A stretch of 64,000 nucleotides of DNA from positions 37,386,001 through 37,450,000 of the forward strand of contig OX597833.1 of the NCBI GenBank assembly GCA_951406725.2. Reading direction: 5' to 3'. Numbering within the stretch: position 1 is the stretch's first letter; the number at the start of each line of letters is the position of its first letter. A program made the translations under genes and the position numbers. Below, one piece after another: positions 56,987-64,000 of the stretch. A model generated the notes under the pieces. The model saw only the letters and a list, made by a program, of their open reading frames with translations. It ran no database searches and was not told where the DNA came from. Source of the DNA: Octopus vulgaris (lineage: Eukaryota).

Positions 56987-58120
56987 CTATATAAGACTAC
57001 GTAATTGAATGTGCCCTTCCGTTTATAAAGCTGTAAATTGCAATATTAGGTGGGATTTAGCTATTATTTCTAGCAAGCCAAGTGACCATATAGAAGCTCC
57101 CTAAATGACCAGATTTCTGACTTGTCGTTTGGCCTCAAATCAGCCCTGATCTAGCAGACCAATTGTGAAAGACGATCTAGTGGTAATCGTTCCGTCTCTT
57201 ATTCTCTCATAAGATATCTACGACTACATGAACACATGTATCTTCCTCTTTTTAAAAATCGTTTGAGGGCAATTGGTTACTTTATTGTTGTCATCTGCCT
57301 TTACACTCCACCTGTCAATCCTGTTTGGCGATAGTTTCAGCATAGAGAAGGTGTATAGTAAAGAAACTCACAAAGAAATACAATTGATGTATATAGATTT
57401 TGAAAACAAGGTGGGCTGAATTTTGTTATGATAGAATCTATATTTCTATTTTCATTTAATGTTGACTTCGTTCCGTGATGAAAATGTAAACACAATGAGC
57501 AATTGTAACATGGAAATTATTGTTTATTCTATCTTCCTCACTTTTACACACACACTTTCTTTCTCCCCCCTCTCTCTTTCTCTCTTTCCCTCTTTCATTT
57601 AACCCTGACCCACCACTTCCTCTTTGCTCTTTGTAACATTATTATTGTATTGTTAGTAGTCAAGTACTGGGATGGATGTAATGACTTGCTCCCACTTCTC
57701 AAATTGCTGTCCTTATGCCAAAATTAGTAAGAATTGTATTGTAGTAGTCACTTCAAAGTTATTTGGATTAGTTGTGATCGGAAGTGAAGTAGCTTCATTC
57801 ATCATCAAAAATGTCGATTAAGAGTGAATTTCTTTAAATCATTGTGTTTTTGTCCTCAGTTTCTGTCTTGACAATCAAGTTACATGGGAGTGGGAAGAAA
57901 GTACATATTAAGTCAACAACAGTTCAAGCTCATATCATGGTCCACATTTATGTTGCCCAAATCTCCATATTGTGATTTATATATACCTAGCTGTTCTTTC
58001 TAGCTTGTTGAATCCCACGAGTGGATTCCTTATGTGTTTAAATGTACACTGTATTTTATGACTAATACATAGTCTTTGGACTAAATTTTTACACGCTAGG
58101 CCACTGGAAGTGAAAATTTC

Positions 58121-58450
58121 GGATCTTTTCCTTTTGAACGGCAGACAATTTCTAGTTAACTAAACACTTTAAAACTTCGTATACTGGTAGAATGTCTCAA
58201 AATAAAAGATTTTTTTCTCTTGGCTTTCTTGAGAAAATTGTAATTTGTTTGTTTCACGTAGTTTAATTTTTCGAATTTTAACCAATCCTATGCTCTCTTT
58301 TGAGCTAAAATCATTTGCTGCGTCTAAAACTGAGACAACATCCTGTCACTAACCCTAACCCTAAATTTTTTTTTCTTAATTGTTAAATTAATTTAATTGT
58401 TACACGTGTAAAAAAAACGAAAGCAATGGAAAATAATTTAAACAATTAAA
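58121..58450. mobile_element. Partial relative of the TTAGGG-containing MITE, opposite orientation
   Basis: ggatcttttccttttgaacggcag...aaacttcgtatactggtagaatg matches the reverse complement of 55060-55172; ctaaccctaaccctaa near 58350. Confidence 0.75.
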
Positions 58451-58469
58451 TTAATTTAACAATTTGCAT

Positions 58470-59042
58470 CACCGGTCTGGAACCCCTATCTTGCCCAGGA
58501 TATTAATTGTCTGGAAACCGTTCAGCGATGTGCAACCAAGAGAATACCCTCCATCAGGCATTTGTCATATTCTGAATGCCTTACTTTCCTGGGCATGGAT
58601 ACATTGATACTCCAACGTCTGGCAGCTGACTTGGCAGACACCTATAAAATTATTAACCATCTTACAAACAATAACTCTGAGCACCTTTTCAAACTCCACC
58701 TGTCTAACACCCGTGGACATGTTTACAAAATCAGAAAACAGCACAGCTCCCATGACTTTCAGAAACATTTTTTCACACTAAGAGTTGCTGAAGCATGGAA
58801 CAGACTGCCGGCATCAGTTGTTAGTTGTCGGAGCACTGCATCCTTCAAAACTTCCATGCTTCCTGAGATTCGCCAACACTACACCTGATTTTCTCCCCTC
58901 CATACACACGCAAGTATCTGACTCATACACTGTTCGCTTTCCAGTCATTTGTTCAGTACTGCATATACTTTATATGCACTGTTTGACAAGTTGTATTGCA
59001 CCTGAGCACTGTATACAATAATTCATTATTATTATTATTATA
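58470..59042 (+). mobile_element. CR1/L2-group LINE 3' fragment with (ATT)n tail
   Basis: LETVQRCATKRI...DLADTYKII...TRGH..K...FFTLRVAEAWNRLP. Confidence 0.9.
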
Positions 59043-59117
59043 CATACATACATACACACTCACACACACACACACACAAATGCACGTGCACACACACACA
59101 CACACACAAATATATAT

Positions 59118-60558
59118 AGTCTTCCAAGTAATAATATAGGAATTCAAGACAGGCTGGCCTTAAGAGCTCCTCTATGCTGATGACTTTGCGCTTATACCTG
59201 AATCACTTCCTGAGCTAGAGAAGAAGTTCCAGGTATGGAATCAGGGTCTAGAATCAAAGGGCCTTAGAGTTAACCTAGCAAAAACCAAAGTCATAGTAAG
59301 TAGGAAGGCAGACAAATCACAAACCCCCTCAGGTAGATGGCTCTGCTCAATCCGTAGAAACTCCATTAGATGCACCCAGTGTAAGGTTTGGCTACACATC
59401 AAAGGAAGGTTAACAGAGAAATTAACTTTTGTATGTGGAAGGTGCACAGGCATAATAAATGCTGAACATGTGTGGAAAATAGACTCCATCAACTGCCGGG
59501 GGGGGGGGGGCAAGCTAGAGGTAGTTGATAGCTTCCAGTATCTAGGCAACCAGGTTAGTAGTAGAAGTAGTTGTTCCAAAAGCATAGCTATGAGAATAAG
59601 ATTAAGCTGGACAAGGTTCAGAGAGATTCCTGCCCCTGCTGGCAACAAAGATCTCTCCCTCAAAGTGAAAGGCAGATTGTTTGATGCCATACTGGGTGGT
59701 AGTGAAACATTGACTATGACAGCCAAGGACATGCATAGGCATGAGAGAAATGAAGCCAGTATGCTTCGCTGGATGTGCAATGTCAGTGTGCATCTACAAC
59801 AGAATGTAAGCATCTTGAGAGAAAAGTTAGGCATAAGAGGAATCAGATGTGGTATGCAAGAGAGACAACTGTGCTGATATGTTCATGTGATGCATATGGA
59901 TGAGGACTGTTGTGTAAAGAAGTGCCACGCTCTAACTGTGAAGGGAATCTGTGGTAGAGGTAGTCCCAGGGAAACATGGGACAATTTGGTGAAGCATGAT
60001 CTTTGAACTTTGAACTTCACAGAGACAATGACTAGTGATTGAGACCTTTAGTGATGTTCTCTGCTTAAGAGGACCCGTCAAGTCAAGTGCACCCATGCTG
60101 GTGGCACGTAAAAAAAAAAATCAACCTTTGAACATTGGGCCTCATGGAGGCAAAGTGGCTGAGTACCTTTCGAGTGTTGAGCCTCATGGTGGCAAGGTGG
60201 CTGAGTTCCTTTTGAGCAGGCCTCACAGAGGCGAAGTGACTGAGTTCCTTTCGAGTGTTGGGCTTCATGGAGGCAATGACCAAGACCTTTGGCATTATGT
60301 CGTTCTTGAGAAGAAGACCCATCAAGCTGAGCAAAATTGCAGTTGTGGCAGATATCGGTGTCACACAAATGGCACCTGTGCAGGTGGCACATAAAATCAC
60401 CCATTACGCTCTCGGAATGGTTGGGGTTAGGAAGAGCATCCAGCCATAGAAAATCATACCAAATCAGACTGGAGTCTGGTGCAGCCTTCCAGTGTGCCAG
60501 CCCAGTCAAACCAGCTAACCCATGCCAGCATGGACAACAGACATTAAATGATGATGAT
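59118..60558 (+). mobile_element. Degenerate RTE LINE 3' part with long repeat-containing 3' UTR
   Basis: LLYADD, eroded PHD, FQYLGNQ, EASMLRWMC and (GAT)n tail. Confidence 0.88.
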
Positions 60559-60624
60559 AATATATATATATATGTATACACACTTAAATCATGCTTAACA
60601 TGGCATGCATATATAGATTTAGAT

Positions 60625-60690
<66 letters not shown>

Positions 60691-62172
60691 GTATGTATAT
60701 GAATATGTATATATATGCATGCCATATTAAGCATGATTTAAGTATGCAGCAGCAAAAGCTGATTAAGTGCAACGATTATTGAGTTGCTGCTCAGAAAGTC
60801 AGAGTCCTTAAAGTAAATGTTCCATACCTGTGTCATTAAATATATATCTTCGTCATCGTTTTATATTCACTGTCTACACAGGAATACATTTGGATGTTGT
60901 CATTGCTTCTTTCTTAGATAAATAAGAGGATCACTTTCAGTCAGAAGTTTCATTTTCGATTTTTTATGTGGTTTCTCTGGCTGGTTGTCCTTCCTAATAC
61001 CAATCACTTTACTTAGTGTACTGAGTATATTTTTTCATCTTGGGAGGTTGCTATGTCTTCAACAAGACTAAAGACCCCTCTCAACTCCACTCCTAACAGA
61101 ATGTACTGGGTGTAATTTATTGTGGTAAGAGTTATAGGGAAGACAGAAGTAAAAGAGAGCTAAACAGCAAGAGGTGGACAAAAGGCGAGTATGAATAATA
61201 GATATTGATAGCAAATGAATAGGGGGTCGCAACATGAGTAGAACATATGTACATGCATACATGATGGGTCCCTTAAGTTTATATCTCATGATGGGCAAGA
61301 AAGTGATAAAGGTAAGAGAGAGCATTACAAGGTGAACAGTAAAAAAAATCTACTGCCATCCTTGAGTCTGAGCTTATATTTACTGGTGTAATGGGTGTGT
61401 TGAATTTTGTTCCTTTATGACAAGAGGGCAACTTAGTCATTGGCTTGATCTGCTAGAAATAACAGCAAGCAAATCCTTCAAATCTTGTTATCTTAAAAGA
61501 GCACATTGAATAATGAGACCTACGTGCATGCCTTGTGCAATGGAAAAAGCGGTTATGAATGGGATAGGCATGGATGGGTTGGATTGTCCTTGATCATTTA
61601 TTTGCTTGATCGGTTTCATTTGGAGTCTAAACAACAACAAAAAGCTTGTGATTTAATCATGATCATCATCATTCTCATCATGTAATAATTATTACTACTT
61701 CCACCACCACCACCACCACTACCATCCCCATCATCGTTTTAATATAGCTGCCACCCTTCCCACCACCACTACCACTGTCACTATCATCAGTATCTTCGCT
61801 ACTATCAAAATCATCAACTTTACCATCACCACCCGCTCCCATTGATATAATAAGTAGAAGATTGATAACAGGCCAGAGTGAAGAAAGATAGAGAGAAAAA
61901 TGAGAGAGAACAGAAACAAAGAAGTTATCAGTGTGAGAAGAAAAATATTAATGGCCTTTTGTAAAGTTATTTGCACAGTAAATTAAAAGTATTTATGTTC
62001 TTGATATTTCAGCTGTTTCTGAATATTCTTTGCTTCTGTGTTACAGTTTATATAAACAGCAAAATACATTCACATTACTTTTTGTACTTCCTCTGTCAGG
62101 GAATATAACTTGGTTTTAGCTTTAATGTAACACCTGACTACTAGGAACAATGCACACACACACACACACACA

Positions 62173-62231
<59 letters not shown>

Positions 62232-62232
<1 letters not shown>

Positions 62233-62703
62233 TCAAAATCAAAATCAAACCAAATCAAATCAGATATCAGAAAGCAGAACCAAAATCGAAGTCGATCAAC
62301 ATCAATGGAAATTGCAGCTGTGGTACCAGTGCTGGTGACAAGTAAGCGAATCATCCGTTCGTGTCCGTTGCCAGCCTGGCCTGGCCCCCGTGCCAGTGGC
62401 ATGTAGCACCTTCCATTCATGGCCGTTGCCAGCCTCGCCTGGCCCCCGTGCCGGTGGCATGTAAAAGCACCATCCGTTCATGGCCGTTTGCCAGCTCCGT
62501 CTGGCACCTGTGCGGGTGTCACATAAAAAGCACCCACTACACTCACGGAGTGGTTGGCATTAGGAAGGGCATCCAGCTGTAGAAACACTGCCAGATCAGA
62601 CTGGGTCTGATGCAGCCTTCTGGCTTCACAGACCCCAGTTGAACCGTCCAACCCATGCTAGCATGGAAAGCAGACGCTAAATGATGATGATGATGATGAT
62701 GAT
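62232..62703 (+). mobile_element. Solo RTE 3' UTR, same subfamily as 1192-1725
   Basis: Near-identical reverse complement of 1192-1720, including the aaaatc repeats. Confidence 0.92.
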
Positions 62704-63124
62704 ATATATGGAAAAAAAGTCAAGATAGAAAATGCTAAAATAATTTTATAAAAAACATTTCAGTTTCATCTGTAAGTATGGAAAACAAATTTAGAAAAAT
62801 TAAAAGAAAAGTTTTTTTTAAAGAATATTTGTATAGTGTTCAAATACAAGTGGCATTTTCCTTGTTTCTGCCTGTCTCTGTCTCTCTTGTTTACTCTTGT
62901 GGGTTCGAAGTCGTTATATATATATGTTATTTTGAGGATATAGATATCTAAGGGATGTTAACATCCAAGTTACCCTGGTTTAAACTTATATATCGATGAA
63001 ATACTCCATGCGGTTGGAAAGCAAATTTCTTACCACTCAGCCATGCTTGCGATGTTTGATGAGTTGATCGACAATCCTTTCAGAAGAAGACTACGGTGGG
63101 GGGTGGGGCGCTAAGTGATAAGGG

Positions 63125-63463
63125 AAATTGCAATGCTATTATGAGTTTGAATATTCTTGATGCACGTTCGAACTGGGGAACAAGCATTTTGTCATGGAGA
63201 ATATGTCTTGCTTGTTCTTGTTGACAAATGGTGTGTATACACCTAGATCAGCTCACAGCACCACCTACCTAGACTGTGAGATGTTAACATTTCGGAGTAG
63301 TTGTCTCTTCATTGGTCACAGACACTAAGCAGACGCTGTGAGCTGATCTAGGTGTATACACACCATTTGTCAACAAGCAAGATATATTCTCAGTGACAAA
63401 ACACTTGTCCCCCAGTTTGGACATGCATCAAGCATATTCGGTCTGATAATAACATTGCAATTT
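63125..63463. repeat. ~340-bp foldback (MITE-like hairpin)
   Basis: Arms ~63125-63259 / 63335-63463, with a perfectly complementary inner stretch cttgttgacaaatggtgtgtatacacctagatcagctcacagc. Confidence 0.9.
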
Positions 63464-63694
63464 AAAAAGAAGCTCATTCACAGTGCCAAAATTCATGCGA
63501 TGGAACTGGTTAAGTCTATCACGTTTTTTGTAGACTTTGTAAAGTTTGTCAGCATCTTTTATTGGGGTTTGGAGATATGCATGGCTTTAAGTCAAGCCTA
63601 CTTCGACTAACCTTTTTGACACCATTACTGATGTTCAGTGGAGAATATATGTCTAGTATGGTGAAAGGATTTATTGTTTAGAAACAATGAATTA

Positions 63695-64000
63695 TTAGTT
63701 AGTTAGTTAGTTAGTTAGTTAATTTTTTGGCTCAAAAAGCAAAAATCGAGGCCATGTAGGGGGACATGGAGTTATGTACAGGGTGGTGTTCATGTAAAAA
63801 GTTCAGGCCACTTGTGGTCAAGGGAGACTTTGAACCGAGCGGTCGTCGGCATCTTTACCATCTCATTCGGCAGCTTATTCCACGGATCCGCAACCCGGAC
63901 GGAGAAAGCCCCTCTCCTTGAGTGAGATGAAATCATCGCAGATAGAGCTTTTCGGAATGACCCTGCAGCCAATGCTCTGGAGCAGGAGTGAAGAACAGCT
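63695..64000 (-). mobile_element. CR1-group LINE 3' end with (TAAC)n tail
   Basis: RRGAFSVRVADPWNKLP...FKVSLDHKW, with (ttag)n on the plus strand at 63696-63720. Confidence 0.85.

Overview
AT-rich, repeat-dominated eukaryotic DNA. The repeat repertoire (kb-long TA/TACA tracts, RTE and CR1 LINE debris, tRNA-derived SINE arrays) suggests an octopus-like mollusc; this is inference, not a database result. I can support one host gene, on the minus strand: a signal-peptide exon (33459-33522) spliced in phase over a ~19.8-kb intron to an Ig-domain exon (13307-13612). Its later exons were not found in the window. The rest is mostly mobile DNA: RTE LINEs with a PHD finger inside the RT, CR1, Tx1/L1, a HERO-like RLE element, two Penelope-like GIY-YIG fragments, a deleted Gypsy element, mariner/Tc1/pogo, hAT and MITEs. 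The most notable observation is a set of type-I hammerhead-ribozyme motifs in at least three short non-coding repeat families next to (TA)n tracts. Four of them form a nested ~1.1-kb inverted repeat (42674-43791), suggesting a Penelope/retrozyme-like system. Several other (TA)n tracts sit at the centre of local fold-back duplications. The long I/Y/H/T/C/V/M ORFs in the ORF track are microsatellite artefacts. All alignments and folds were done by eye.
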